A DNA stretch of 64,000 nucleotides from Candidatus Kaiserbacteria bacterium. Lineage in GTDB: Bacteria; Patescibacteriota; Minisyncoccia; Phycocordibacterales; UBA2100. Positions 41,804-51,723 of the stretch are shown here, piece by piece. Below the pieces are notes generated by a model, which saw only the letters and a list, made by a program, of their open reading frames with translations, was not told the DNA's origin and ran no database searches. Both the position numbers and the translations under genes were made by a program. Location of the stretch: contig JALWOZ010000030.1 of the NCBI GenBank assembly GCA_027083345.1, positions 977-64,976 on the forward strand, written 5' to 3'. Within the stretch, counting starts at the first letter, position 1; each line of letters starts with the position of its first letter.

Positions 41804-42934
41804 ATGTTTGATATTAAAACAATGAGCTTAGCTCTAGACGAACTAGAGCAAGAGAGAGGAATTAGCCGTGATGTAGTTATAAAGGCTCTAGAAGAGGCAC
41901 TGGCAGCAGCATACAAGAAAGAATACGGAGAGAGGGGGCAAATAATCCGCGCCGAATTTAATCCTGAGACGGGGGACTTGGAATTTAAGCAAATAAAAAT
42001 AGTGGTAGATGATTCTTTGGTATACAAAGACGAGAAGGACGGGGATGACGACACTAGGACTAAATTCAATGAGGAGCACCATATAATGCTAAACACGGCC
42101 AAACTTATTAAAAAAGATGCGAGGCTAGACAGTGAGATAGAATTTCCTCTTGAGACCAAAGAGGAGTTTGGGCGCATAGCATCTCAAACTGCCAAGCAAG
42201 TTATAATGCAAAAAATCAGAGAGGCGGAGCGTCTCAGTATGCTAGAGGAGTTTGGAGAACGCGAGGGGCAAATAGTAACAGGACATGTACAAAGATTTGA
42301 GAGAGGTAACCTATATGTAGATCTAGGCAGAGTTACAGCCATAATCCCTTATGAAGAGCAAATACCGGGAGAGAGATATCGACAAGGCGAGAGAATACGC
42401 GCCTACTTGTATGAGGTAGATGAAACATCTAGAGGTGCCTTTATCAAGTTATCTCGTGCTCACCCACAATTTTTGGTGCAACTATTTACCCAAGAGGTAC
42501 CGGAGTTACAAAGTGGAGAAGTAGAAATCAAGTCTGTAGCCCGCGAAGCAGGCTCTAGGAGTAAAATAGCGGTACATGCTGTAAACAATAACTTAGACCC
42601 TGTAGGTGCGATGGTTGGAGGACGCGGAGTACGCGTATCAACAGTTATGAGCGAGTTAGGTGGGGAAAAGATAGATGTAATAGAGTGGAGTGACAATCCA
42701 GAATACTTTATAGAGGATGCAATATCTCCCGCAGAGGTACTAAGTGTAGAGATTGGAGAAACTGAGGAAGGTGAGCCTCATGCTTTTGTAGATGTTTTAG
42801 AGGAGCAACAGAGTTTAGCCATAGGTAGAGGAGGACAAAATGTACGATTAGCCGCAAAATTAACAGGCTACAAAATAGATATAAGATCAGTAGATACCCC
42901 AACACAACAAGATGAAGTACCTACGGAGGAGTAA
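41804..42934 (+). CDS. nusA: Transcription termination/antitermination factor NusA
   Basis: FGRIASQTAKQVI, AREAGSRSKIAV, AIGRGGQNVRLAAKLTG. Confidence 0.98.
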   Translation: MFDIKTMSLALDELEQERGISRDVVIKALEEALAAAYKKEYGERGQIIRAEFNPETGDLEFKQIKIVVDDSLVYKDEKDGDDDTRTKFNEEHHIMLNTAKLIKKDARLDSEIEFPLETKEEFGRIASQTAKQVIMQKIREAERLSMLEEFGEREGQIVTGHVQRFERGNLYVDLGRVTAIIPYEEQIPGERYRQGERIRAYLYEVDETSRGAFIKLSRAHPQFLVQLFTQEVPELQSGEVEIKSVAREAGSRSKIAVHAVNNNLDPVGAMVGGRGVRVSTVMSELGGEKIDVIEWSDNPEYFIEDAISPAEVLSVEIGETEEGEPHAFVDVLEEQQSLAIGRGGQNVRLAAKLTGYKIDIRSVDTPTQQDEVPTEE

Positions 42935-42988
42935 ATGATGTGGATAATTAAGTCTGACTAAACTAACAAATAAGATATACTAGGTTTT

Positions 42989-43315
42989 ATGGATAATAAA
43001 ACCTTTGGCATAGTCGTAGGTGCCACCGTCTTTATTGCGGTACTTATGTTTATCGGTCTCTATATGCTTAGCTCAAACAAACCTCAAACAAAACCTTTTG
43101 ATAAAGGGTACGACTATGGCTATTCTAATGACGCTACAGACATAGTGCCTCTAGAGAATACAAGTCCTGGCAAACCTAAAGAAACTTTTTATTATAACAA
43201 GACTGCCAGCCCACAAATAAAAGATAACACCAAAGATACGGTGTATTTTGATGCAGATGGCAATATATATGATTTAGGAGCTTCAAGTAACAATAATTAT
43301 GATATAATAGAGTAA
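42989..43315 (+). CDS. Hypothetical single-pass membrane protein
   Basis: N-terminal TM, 108 aa. Confidence 0.65.
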   Translation: MDNKTFGIVVGATVFIAVLMFIGLYMLSSNKPQTKPFDKGYDYGYSNDATDIVPLENTSPGKPKETFYYNKTASPQIKDNTKDTVYFDADGNIYDLGASSNNNYDIIE

Positions 43316-43341
43316 ATTTATTAAGTAATAAACAAATCAAT

Positions 43342-43728
43342 ATGCAAGAACAAGATACACAACTCAACTCGTGGCCTACTCAAACCACAGAAAATAAAGA
43401 TAATGAGCAGAAGCCCAAAGAATCATTTGGGGCAATTGCCGGTATATTAATTATTGTGATCTTATTACTGCTTGGTGGAATGTATTTTTGGGGAGCTTAT
43501 CTACAAAAAGCACTCGGCATAAACTTACCTAACACTGAAAACACCAAAGTTAAAACAGACACTGGCTTTGGAGATATTCCAACTAAGAGAGCAAGCTTTG
43601 AGCCAACAGCCCCGCCAATAGTAGATAACAATTATACCGAGATAGATACATTCATTGATAACACTGACAATTTTAATGACTTAGACAATATAGACAAAGA
43701 CCTGCAAAATATTGGCTCAGGTTTGTAA
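43342..43728 (+). CDS. Hypothetical single-pass membrane protein
   Basis: GAIAGILIIVILLLLGGMYFWG TM, acidic C-terminus. Confidence 0.7.
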   Translation: MQEQDTQLNSWPTQTTENKDNEQKPKESFGAIAGILIIVILLLLGGMYFWGAYLQKALGINLPNTENTKVKTDTGFGDIPTKRASFEPTAPPIVDNNYTEIDTFIDNTDNFNDLDNIDKDLQNIGSGL

Positions 43729-43828
43729 TAATTTACCACTAAATATTAGAGCTTTAGCCCTCGTCTATATATAGCGAGGTGTATAGCTTATTGAGCCTAA
43801 TGCCCTTGTGTGTTAACATCGCATTATT

Positions 43829-44923
43829 ATGACACAACCAAAATCAAAACAAGCAGACTATAAGATAACAAATTTTAAAAACCTACCAGAGACGAGCGAA
43901 GTAACAATGACGATAGAGGTGCCGGCAAATGTATTTAGCTCTTACACAGACAGAGCATATAAGCACTTCTCTAAAATAGTTAAGGTAGATGGTTTCCGGC
44001 CTGGTAAGGTCCCTAAAGGGGTTATTCTAAAGCATGTTGGCGAAAATGCCATATTAGAAGAAGCAAGTAAGATGGCCATGCAAGACTCCTATCCAAAGGC
44101 CATAAAAGAGCAAGGACTACTAATAATAGACGCTCCAATGATAAAACTCAGTGATCTTAAAGAGGGTGAGCCACTAGAATACACACTCACTGCGCCTGTA
44201 CCTCCAGCATTTGAAACCCCTAATTACAAAAAGGTCGCTAAGGGCATCTTCACAAAGCCTGTTGAAATCAAAGTCACAGAGGAAGAAGTATCTAACTCTA
44301 TATTAGACTTACGTAAACGTCGCAAACAAATAGAACTTATACAAAAAGGAGTAGCTCCTGAAAAAGCCCAAACAGAGACAGATAAGATAAAAGAGACAGA
44401 TCTACCAAAGCTAGACAACGACTTTTTGCAGACTCTAGGAGATTTCAAAAACCTGGAAGAATTCAAAATTAAACTTAAAGAGACTATAAAAAGTGAGAAA
44501 GAGGCAAGAGAGATTAATAAACGCAGGGCACAATTTGTAGAAGATATAGTAAATGATACAAAAATAACTCTCCCCACCGTACTAATTAGTCACGAATCAG
44601 ACAGACTACAAGCACAATTTGAAGATGATTTAAAACGAGTTGGTAGCAACCTTAATGCATACCTAAAGAGTGTGGATAAAACTTCAGAACAATTTTTAGA
44701 AGAACTCAAGCCCCAAGCTATAAAACAAGCCAAACTACAACTAATATTAAATAAAATAGCTGAAGAAGAGAAAATAATACCCAGACAAGAACAGGTAGAG
44801 GTGGAAACAAGCCATTTGCTACAACATCATAAAGATGCCAATAAAGACTCTGTAATGGCATATGTGACTATGCAATTACGCAATCAAATGGTTTTTGACT
44901 TTTTAGAAAAACAGACTAAATAA
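43829..44923 (+). CDS. tig: Trigger factor (apparently lacking the FKBP/PPIase domain)
   Basis: GFRPGKVP ribosome-binding motif; C-terminal chaperone domain; upstream of clpP. Confidence 0.9.
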   Translation: MTQPKSKQADYKITNFKNLPETSEVTMTIEVPANVFSSYTDRAYKHFSKIVKVDGFRPGKVPKGVILKHVGENAILEEASKMAMQDSYPKAIKEQGLLIIDAPMIKLSDLKEGEPLEYTLTAPVPPAFETPNYKKVAKGIFTKPVEIKVTEEEVSNSILDLRKRRKQIELIQKGVAPEKAQTETDKIKETDLPKLDNDFLQTLGDFKNLEEFKIKLKETIKSEKEAREINKRRAQFVEDIVNDTKITLPTVLISHESDRLQAQFEDDLKRVGSNLNAYLKSVDKTSEQFLEELKPQAIKQAKLQLILNKIAEEEKIIPRQEQVEVETSHLLQHHKDANKDSVMAYVTMQLRNQMVFDFLEKQTK

Positions 44924-44964
44924 GCTGTTTGTCAAATAACTATTCTGTGCTAGTATCGACCATT

Positions 44965-45552
44965 ATGAAGACACAATCCAATTTAATCCCAATGGTGATA
45001 GAAAAGGGTGAGTATGGTGAGCGAGCATATGACATATACTCTCGCCTACTTAAAGAGCGTATAATATTTATATCAGGAGCCATACACGACGATATGGCAA
45101 ATACAGTGGTAGCCCAACTATTATTTTTAGAAGCTCAAAACCCCAAAGAGGATATTCACCTTTATATAAACTCCCCCGGAGGGTCTGTAACAGCTGGTCT
45201 AGCAATATTAGACACAATGAACTTTATAAAACCGGATGTATCTACTATGTGTGTAGGTTTAGCAGCTTCTATGGGTTCTGTTTTACTCTCTAATGGGGCT
45301 CCTGACAAACGCTTCGCACTCCCCAACTCTGAGGTAATGATCCACCAGCCATGGGGTGGTGTGCAAGGACAAGCAACGGATATAGAGATAACCGCAAAGC
45401 ATATATTAAAGACCCGCGACAGGCTCAACAAGATATTGTCTAAGAACACTGGCAAAAGACTAAGCCAAATAGAGAAAGACGTAGACCGCGACTTCTTTAT
45501 GTCTGCCCAAGAAGCCCAAAAATATGGGATTATAGATAAAGTGTTGAAATAG
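44965..45552 (+). CDS. clpP: ATP-dependent Clp protease proteolytic subunit
   Basis: [37 protein letters not shown]. Confidence 0.98.
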   Translation: MKTQSNLIPMVIEKGEYGERAYDIYSRLLKERIIFISGAIHDDMANTVVAQLLFLEAQNPKEDIHLYINSPGGSVTAGLAILDTMNFIKPDVSTMCVGLAASMGSVLLSNGAPDKRFALPNSEVMIHQPWGGVQGQATDIEITAKHILKTRDRLNKILSKNTGKRLSQIEKDVDRDFFMSAQEAQKYGIIDKVLK

Positions 45553-45603
45553 TCATAAACTCCTGTTAGTATATGTGTACAGGTTAGTTAATTATTCACA
45601 CAT

Positions 45604-45745
45604 ACGGTATTACTGACTACTTTAGATTTTTAAAAGACGCAAAAGATACTAGACTTCATGTTAAAAACTCAACAAACAGAGACATTTGCTTATAATTCAA
45701 CTTGCTCTTAAAAAATTAAAACCCTAAGGTAATGTGTAGTACTGT
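45604..45745 (+). ncRNA. Candidate 6S-like RNA (rod with central bubble) upstream of rny
   Basis: Nested long-range pairing acggtattac/gtagtactgt, tactttag/ctaaggta, aagacgcaa/ttgctctt around an unpaired bubble and apical stem. Confidence 0.45.
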
Positions 45746-45760
45746 TTAACACAGTATATT

Positions 45761-47290
45761 ATGTCAACAACAATGATTTTACTCCTATTATTGGGGGTTG
45801 GGGTAGCGGGCTTATCCGCAGGATACTTTTTACGCTGGATCATAGCTCTGGGAGCCAAAGGATCAATGGAGTTAAAAGTTAAAAAAATGGAGCTAGACGC
45901 CAAAGAGCGGGCCCAAAAACTCTTAGAAGATGCAGAGGCTGAAGCTAATAAAATAGCCGAAAGCAAACTCACCGAGATAAAGAAAGAGGAGTCTATAATA
46001 AACAAAGAGAAAGAACGCCTAATACAAAGAGAAGAGAAACTAGACTCTAAGCAACAAGCCATAGATAACGATGTTGAAGCACTAAAAAAGAAGGTAGAGG
46101 AGGTTAGAGCCATCAAAACCAAAGCAGACAAACTCTTAGAAGAGCGTACAACAGCCTTGTCAGAAGCCGCAAAGATGTCTATCGATGATGCCAAAGAGGA
46201 GCTAATGTCAGCAGTAGAGAAAGACAGTGCAGAGAGTATAGTGCAGAGGATACAAAAACTTGAGGTTACAGGTAAAGAACAGATAGAGCAAAAAGCAAAA
46301 GAGATACTTACGACCGCTATACACCGTATAGGCAATGCAATGCCCGCAGATGTAATCTCTACCAAGGTAGAGCTACCGAGTGATGACCTAAAAGGTAAGA
46401 TAATAGGTAAAGAGGGACGAAATATAAAAGCCTTTGAACACGCCAGTGGAGTAGACATAATAGTAGATGATACACCTAACACTATTACCATCTCCAGTTT
46501 TGACCCTATACGTAGGCAAATTGCCCGTACAGCATTAGAAAACTTAATCACAGATGGCAGGATACAACCCGTAAAGATAGAGAAAGCTCTAAAGAAAGCT
46601 GAGGAAGAGATAACCCAGATAACAAAAGAGGCCGGAGAAAAAGCAGCCTTTGAAGCCAAAGTTAAAGGACTTGACCCTCGTATCATAGCCATATTAGGTA
46701 AGTTACACTTCCGCACCAGTTACGGTCAAAATGTCCTACAACATTCTGTAGAAATGGCGCATATAGCAGGCATAATAGCACAAGAGGTTGGGGCAGACGT
46801 AGATGTAGCTCGTGCGGGAGCACTCTTACACGACATAGGCAAGGCTGTGGACCACGAGGTGCAGGGCACTCATGTTGAGATCGGCAGGAGAATATTGCAA
46901 AAGTTTGGAGTAGATGAGAAGGTTATAAAAGCTATGGAATCTCACCACGAAGAGTTCCCTTACTCTAGTACTGAGAGTTACATAGTACAAGTGGCAGACG
47001 CCATAAGCGGGGGTAGGCCTGGAGCCAGGCGCGACACAATGGAGCAATATATCCAAAGACTAGAGGACCTAGAGGCTATAGCGAATAAGAACAAAGGGGT
47101 CGAGAAGAGCTACGCCATCGCCGCAGGGCGTGAGGTACGCGTATTTGTAAACCCTAAGGAGGTAGACGACTTAGAAGCTTATAAGATAGCACGTGACATA
47201 GCAAAAGAGATAGAAAAAGAGATGTCTTACCCTGGAGAAATAAAAGTTAATGTAATAAGAGAGACTCGCTCTATAGAGTACGCCAGATAA
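45761..47290 (+). CDS. rny: Ribonuclease Y
   Basis: N-terminal TM, coiled coil, KH (KGKIIGKEGRNI), HD (LLHDIGKA), RPGARR. Confidence 0.98.
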   Translation: MSTTMILLLLLGVGVAGLSAGYFLRWIIALGAKGSMELKVKKMELDAKERAQKLLEDAEAEANKIAESKLTEIKKEESIINKEKERLIQREEKLDSKQQAIDNDVEALKKKVEEVRAIKTKADKLLEERTTALSEAAKMSIDDAKEELMSAVEKDSAESIVQRIQKLEVTGKEQIEQKAKEILTTAIHRIGNAMPADVISTKVELPSDDLKGKIIGKEGRNIKAFEHASGVDIIVDDTPNTITISSFDPIRRQIARTALENLITDGRIQPVKIEKALKKAEEEITQITKEAGEKAAFEAKVKGLDPRIIAILGKLHFRTSYGQNVLQHSVEMAHIAGIIAQEVGADVDVARAGALLHDIGKAVDHEVQGTHVEIGRRILQKFGVDEKVIKAMESHHEEFPYSSTESYIVQVADAISGGRPGARRDTMEQYIQRLEDLEAIANKNKGVEKSYAIAAGREVRVFVNPKEVDDLEAYKIARDIAKEIEKEMSYPGEIKVNVIRETRSIEYAR

Positions 47291-47392
47291 GCATGCACAA
47301 ATCGCTCACCTCTAGGTATGTTGCACAATATATGGCTTTATGTATACTAATAAGTAATTATTAAGGGATTATTAAGTAATAAATAAGATTTT

Positions 47393-47665
47393 ATGAATAA
47401 GTCAGAACTAATAGATGCACTACGTGACGCAACTGGTGTTACTCGTGCAGACGCAGAGCGATCAGTAGAAGCTCTGATAAACACAATTACCAACACTCTA
47501 AAAAAGGGAGACCAAGTATCAATTGCTGGTCTTGGTATTTTTGAGGCTAAGATGCGAGCGGGTCGCACAGGGCGTAACCCTCGTACCGGTGAGTCAATAG
47601 AGATCCCAGCAATGCGTGTACCAAAGTTCCGCGCTGCCAAAGCTCTTAAAGATGCAGTTAAGTAA
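47393..47665 (+). CDS. hup: HU family DNA-binding protein
   Basis: MNKSELID, GLGIF, RTGRNPRTGE, PKFRAAKALKDAV. Confidence 0.97.
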   Translation: MNKSELIDALRDATGVTRADAERSVEALINTITNTLKKGDQVSIAGLGIFEAKMRAGRTGRNPRTGESIEIPAMRVPKFRAAKALKDAVK

Positions 47666-47692
47666 TTTTACTGCTCAATAAGTACAATAGTA

Positions 47693-47729
47693 TATTGTAA
47701 AAAGCCGGCATTAGCCGGCTTTTTACAAT
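47693..47729. terminator. Bidirectional terminator between HU and tRNA-Gly
   Basis: attgtaaaaagccggc-atta-gccggctttttacaat. Confidence 0.85.
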
Positions 47730-47732
47730 GTG

Positions 47733-47803
47733 TGCGGGTGGGGAGAATCGAACTCCCGTCCTCTGCTTGGAAGGCAGATATTCTACCACTAAACTACACC
47801 CGC
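47733..47803 (-). tRNA. tRNA-Gly(TCC)
   Basis: GCGGGTG/CACCCGC acceptor stem, TCTGC-CTTCCAA-GCAGA, GTTCGATTC. Confidence 0.95.
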
Positions 47804-47845
47804 AATTTGCATATAATCTTATGATAACAATAATACACATTTCTA

Positions 47846-47902
47846 ACTCTTCCATTTGGAAGGCAGTCAATGTATCTTTTGCTACCACTAAACTACGCTC
47901 GC
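47846..47902 (-). pseudogene. Degenerate copy of the 5' half of tRNA-Gly(TCC)
   Basis: ttggaaggcag and ctaccactaaactac..cgc match the adjacent tRNA, with extra bases between them. Confidence 0.6.
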
Positions 47903-47983
47903 ATACGCCAGGGCTTTGGCGGGCAGACCCGCATAAGCTCTAGGGTATGCGCAATATACTACCAGAAATGTTATAATTTACAA

Positions 47984-48985
47984 ATGCAAGACCTATTAAC
48001 AACACTTATCTCTACCCTACAGACATTAGCTATCCTACTAGCCTCACAAGGAGGGATAACGCCAGAGGTATCTGCTCAAATACAAGCAATAACAAGCACT
48101 CAACAAACTCAACTACAGATCCCTCCTACTCAGGATCTCAACGCTATAAACAAAGCTAAATCTGATGCGGTTATTAATATCGTATGCATAAGTAGAAATG
48201 ATCAACTAAATAGTGAAGTAGCTAGTGGTGTCATAATCTCCCCAGACGGCTTAGTCCTTGTAAATGCTCATATGGCCCAATATATGCTATTAGAACAACT
48301 CTCCAACATTGCGATGCAATGTACTCTGCGCTCCGGCTCCCCTGCTAAACCAGCATATAAAGCCAAAATAATATACATAAACCCCAAATGGATCAAAACT
48401 AATGCTTCACAAATCACCTCTAATGAGCAGTATGGTACTGGTGAGCACGACTATGCAATACTTCAAATTACAAACCCAATAAAACCAAATACCTCCCTAC
48501 CGAAGGAGTTTACTTACATAGAACCAAATACAAAACCTGTAACTAGCTATATAAATAAACCTGTACTCATTCGCTCTTATCCTGCTGAGTTCTTGGGCTC
48601 TGCTATAACATTACGCTCATTGCACCCCGTAGCCACCATAACTCCCCTGCTCTCTATGCGTACGTTCTCTACAGACGCCAAGAGCGCAACACCCGACTTA
48701 TTAGAGCTCGGAGGTTCTATAGTGGCGCAAGGTGGTAGCTCTGGTGGCGCCGTTATAAGCAATAGCGGTAAGCTACTAGGTATAATTGTTACAAGTACCC
48801 GCAAAAATACAACCGCGGAGAGAGAGTTAAATGCCATAAGCATAGAGCATATTAATAACTCTTTAAAGGCTGATATTGGGATAGGACTAAACCAACTAAT
48901 CAACCTGCCCAAAAGTCTAAAGTTGAAAATAACCGCGAATTCATTGCCAGCTTCAGCAAATAAGCTTCTTAAATATATAAAATAA
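47984..48985 (+). CDS. Trypsin-like (S1) serine protease, probably exported
   Basis: SGVIISPDG, NAH, DYAIL, GGSSGG (H-D-S triad). Confidence 0.88.
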   Translation: MQDLLTTLISTLQTLAILLASQGGITPEVSAQIQAITSTQQTQLQIPPTQDLNAINKAKSDAVINIVCISRNDQLNSEVASGVIISPDGLVLVNAHMAQYMLLEQLSNIAMQCTLRSGSPAKPAYKAKIIYINPKWIKTNASQITSNEQYGTGEHDYAILQITNPIKPNTSLPKEFTYIEPNTKPVTSYINKPVLIRSYPAEFLGSAITLRSLHPVATITPLLSMRTFSTDAKSATPDLLELGGSIVAQGGSSGGAVISNSGKLLGIIVTSTRKNTTAERELNAISIEHINNSLKADIGIGLNQLINLPKSLKLKITANSLPASANKLLKYIK

Positions 48986-48990
48986 AGGAT

Positions 48991-49383
48991 ATGAAGAATG
49001 CAAATAAATCTACAACTCACCCCTTAACCAGAAACAAAGAGACAATGGAAGCCTACAGCAGAAAAAGAGCAACCTCTAAAGAAAACGAGGAGGAGATATT
49101 CGCCAGATTACAAAAAGAAGCTATAAAATCCTTCAAACACTGGTTTCTAGTAGAAAACGACTTCCCTTACGATGCCATAGCTAAGACACACCACATACTC
49201 TTCCCCAAACGCAAAGTGCCTTTTAATTGGGAGTGCCTTAACAAAAAAGAGCTAGAAGAGTTTGCAAAAATCAAAAAAGGATATTTATCTGAGACTTATG
49301 AAGTATTGTGGGAGAATCTACCTAAAGGCCGAAGTGTAAAAAGTATCCTACACATACACTTGCTAAATATGATACGAAAATAA
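48991..49383 (+). CDS. HIT-like / DUF3605-like small protein
   Basis: ENDFPY...HHILF...N...SV..ILHIH. Confidence 0.55.
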   Translation: MKNANKSTTHPLTRNKETMEAYSRKRATSKENEEEIFARLQKEAIKSFKHWFLVENDFPYDAIAKTHHILFPKRKVPFNWECLNKKELEEFAKIKKGYLSETYEVLWENLPKGRSVKSILHIHLLNMIRK

Positions 49384-49393
49384 AAACTTTTAC

Positions 49394-49460
49394 CGGGATG
49401 CCGGGAATCGAATCGAACTTTACGGTCTTAGGCTCGGAAAAGATTAAAGTCATTACCACT
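49394..49460 (-). pseudogene. Degenerate tandem copy of tRNA-Pro(TGG)
   Basis: cgggatgccgggaatcgaa, ttacggtc and taccact match 49491-49547 in order; anticodon region replaced. Confidence 0.65.
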
Positions 49461-49489
49461 GATGTAGACAATGTATAATTGTTACTTTG

Positions 49490-49560
49490 TCGGGATGCCG
49501 GGAATCGAACCCGGACCTTACGGTCCCAAACCGTAAACACTACCACTATGCTACATCCCG
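49490..49560 (-). tRNA. tRNA-Pro(TGG)
   Basis: CGGGATG/CATCCCG, TACGG-TTTGGGA-CCGTA, GGTTCGATTCC. Confidence 0.95.
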
Positions 49561-49695
49561 ATAGTGCTCCTATTTTACACACTTTTACAACTTTATCCAG
49601 TCATAAAAAATCGAGCTTCAAAAATACATTACAAATAAAATTATTTACAGAGTAACAGGTGTCCGTTAGTATTTATATAACGGACACCTAAAAGA

Positions 49696-50094
49696 CTACA
49701 GTACGATGTCCTTTATATATTTACATCTTGCCGTCCGTGTCCTTTTGTTTAAATACATTATTAATACGTCAAATACCCAATCCTCAACGTCGTTCTCTAG
49801 TATATACGTTTGTATCACCCTTTTTAAGCGTTTTATCTTATTGTTATGTATCATCTCCTCTGGTCTCCACCGGTCTATATCACCTTCTGAATAATCTCTA
49901 TTTGTTGTCTTGACCTCAACAAAGTGTATGATCTCTACCCTTCTACCTAAGTTCCCCATCGTTTCTTGTGCAACAATGTCAATCTCCCCCCATTTACGCC
50001 AATAATTCAACTCTATTATCTTTAGACCTCTTTTCACAAGAAACTCTCTTGCCACCTTCTCCCCTTCTTTGCCAATGTCATTATGTTTAGCCAT
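49696..50094 (-). CDS. yraN: YraN family (UPF0102) PD-(D/E)xK nuclease
   Basis: GKEGEKVA, GEIDIVA, FVEVKT, FDV. Confidence 0.9.
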   Translation of the reverse strand: MAKHNDIGKEGEKVAREFLVKRGLKIIELNYWRKWGEIDIVAQETMGNLGRRVEIIHFVEVKTTNRDYSEGDIDRWRPEEMIHNNKIKRLKRVIQTYILENDVEDWVFDVLIMYLNKRTRTARCKYIKDIVL

Positions 50095-50117
50095 GTATAA
50101 TCATTATAGTCTAAAAG

Positions 50118-50215
50118 ACTCCACATGATGTCCCTTATCCACATATCCACTTAGTTATCCACAGTTATCTACATTTGTATAAAATAACCTGTATTTTAGC
50201 CGTTTATATCCAGTG
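50118..50215. promoter_or_regulatory. DnaA-box cluster
   Basis: TTATCCACA at 50135 and 50155, TTATCTACA at 50165, ATATCCACT at 50143. Confidence 0.55.
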
Positions 50216-50334
50216 TTTTTATATACATGTCAAGTTTTTTATTATAATTATAAAAGACATTTAGTTACGCTTGTACAAGGTTGCAAGTGCCTTAACTTAT
50301 TGTATAATTTGCAAGCATTTTGCAACCAAATACT

Positions 50335-50405
50335 GCGGATATAGTTTAGTGGTATGACACATCCTTGCCATGGATGAGACGGGAGTTCGATTCTCCCTAT
50401 CCGCA
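50335..50405 (+). tRNA. tRNA-Gly(GCC)
   Basis: GCGGATA/TATCCGC, CATCC-TTGCCAT-GGATG, GTTCGATTC. Confidence 0.95.
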
Positions 50406-50469
50406 CACAAGACACAGTTGTACAGCTTACTTTGCTTATCATAATTTGTGGGGTAAAATAGTACCCATC

Positions 50470-51105
50470 ATGGACTATACTCACCTACTAAATACGGTAT
50501 CTATACACTCCTCAATCACTTATTCTATACTATTTTTTGGATCATTCTTAGAGACAATATTCGTCTTGTCTTTTTTTATTCCCGGTGAGTTATTTTTTAT
50601 TTCCGGGTCAGCCCTCGCAGGTATGGGCTATTTAAACATATGGTTAGTTAGTGCTGTTTTAATAATAGGAGGCATACTAGGAGACAGTGTGAGTTTTTGG
50701 ATAGGACACAAATATGGTACGGGGTTTTATAAATTTTTTGAAGATAAGCCCGTGTTTAAGAGGTTCATCACCGCCGAAAAATTGGTTACATATGAAAACT
50801 ATTTTCAAACAAAAGGTGATAAACATGCCTTTTTTGCTAGATTTTTAGGGCCTATTTCTTGGGTATTCCCCTTTATTGCAGGAAGTTTTAAGGTTAAATA
50901 CAAACGCTTTGTCAGATATAATATTCCCGGAGTTGTGCTCGGTATAAGTCAATTTATCCTCATAGGATATGTTGGTGGGCGCCTACATAAATCCCTCCTT
51001 CATGTATACTATAGGTACACATTCCCCATTATGCTCTTATTATTTGTAATGTTTATCACATATTTATTTTTATTAAGGAAAAGAGCACTAGAGGCAAAAC
51101 TATAA
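50470..51105 (+). CDS. DedA family membrane protein
   Basis: FLET..FIPGE, GDSVSFWIG, ARFLG. Confidence 0.9.
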   Translation: MDYTHLLNTVSIHSSITYSILFFGSFLETIFVLSFFIPGELFFISGSALAGMGYLNIWLVSAVLIIGGILGDSVSFWIGHKYGTGFYKFFEDKPVFKRFITAEKLVTYENYFQTKGDKHAFFARFLGPISWVFPFIAGSFKVKYKRFVRYNIPGVVLGISQFILIGYVGGRLHKSLLHVYYRYTFPIMLLLFVMFITYLFLLRKRALEAKL

Positions 51106-51122
51106 ATTAAAATACACTTCTT

Positions 51123-51722
51123 ATGACATACAACACCATAATAATAGCAATAACTGGAGCTGTGGGAACACTGGGGTATATTGGTATATTTATATTGATG
51201 TTTTTAGAGAGCACCTTCTTCCCCTTCCCTAGTGAAGTTGTCTTAATACCGGCTGGGTACCTAATCTACAAAGGCGAGCTAGATTTTACTTTGGTTATAT
51301 TAATGAGTATCTTAGGTTCTGTGGCAGGGGCGTGGCTAAATTACTATATTGCATACAAATTTGGCCGTAAATTCTTATTAAAATTTATAAAAAAGTCTAA
51401 ATTAGACAAAGTAGAATCGTTTTTTGCTAAACATGGTCCTATATCTACCTTCAACGGTAGGCTCATACCTATAGTACGCCAATATATATCCTTCCCTGCA
51501 GGGTTAGCTAAAATGGACCCACTGACTTTCACTATATACACAATATTAGGATCTTTGGTATGGGGGCTTATATTAATAGCATTAGGGTACTTTTTAGGGC
51601 GAAATTTAGCATTAGTACACTCATACTTAAAAAATATTACGCTTATACTTATAACAGCGGTTATTGTAGTAACAATGCTATATGTAGCTTATAACTCATA
51701 CAAATGCAGAGAAAATAAGTGA
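51123..51722 (+). CDS. DedA family membrane protein
   Basis: LESTFFPFPSEVVLIPAG, GRLIPIVRQYISFPAG. Confidence 0.93.
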   Translation: MTYNTIIIAITGAVGTLGYIGIFILMFLESTFFPFPSEVVLIPAGYLIYKGELDFTLVILMSILGSVAGAWLNYYIAYKFGRKFLLKFIKKSKLDKVESFFAKHGPISTFNGRLIPIVRQYISFPAGLAKMDPLTFTIYTILGSLVWGLILIALGYFLGRNLALVHSYLKNITLILITAVIVVTMLYVAYNSYKCRENK

Positions 51723-51723
51723 T

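Noticed and set aside
45724-46716. 330-aa antisense ORF over rny (and similar shadows over pnp, nusA and the GC-rich ORF)
   Set aside because: Antisense shadows of real genes with no motifs
49657-49689. Inverted repeat as a dif site for the Xer recombinase
   Set aside because: 12-bp arms with a 9-bp spacer do not fit the 11-6-11 dif layout; more likely a terminator or palindrome
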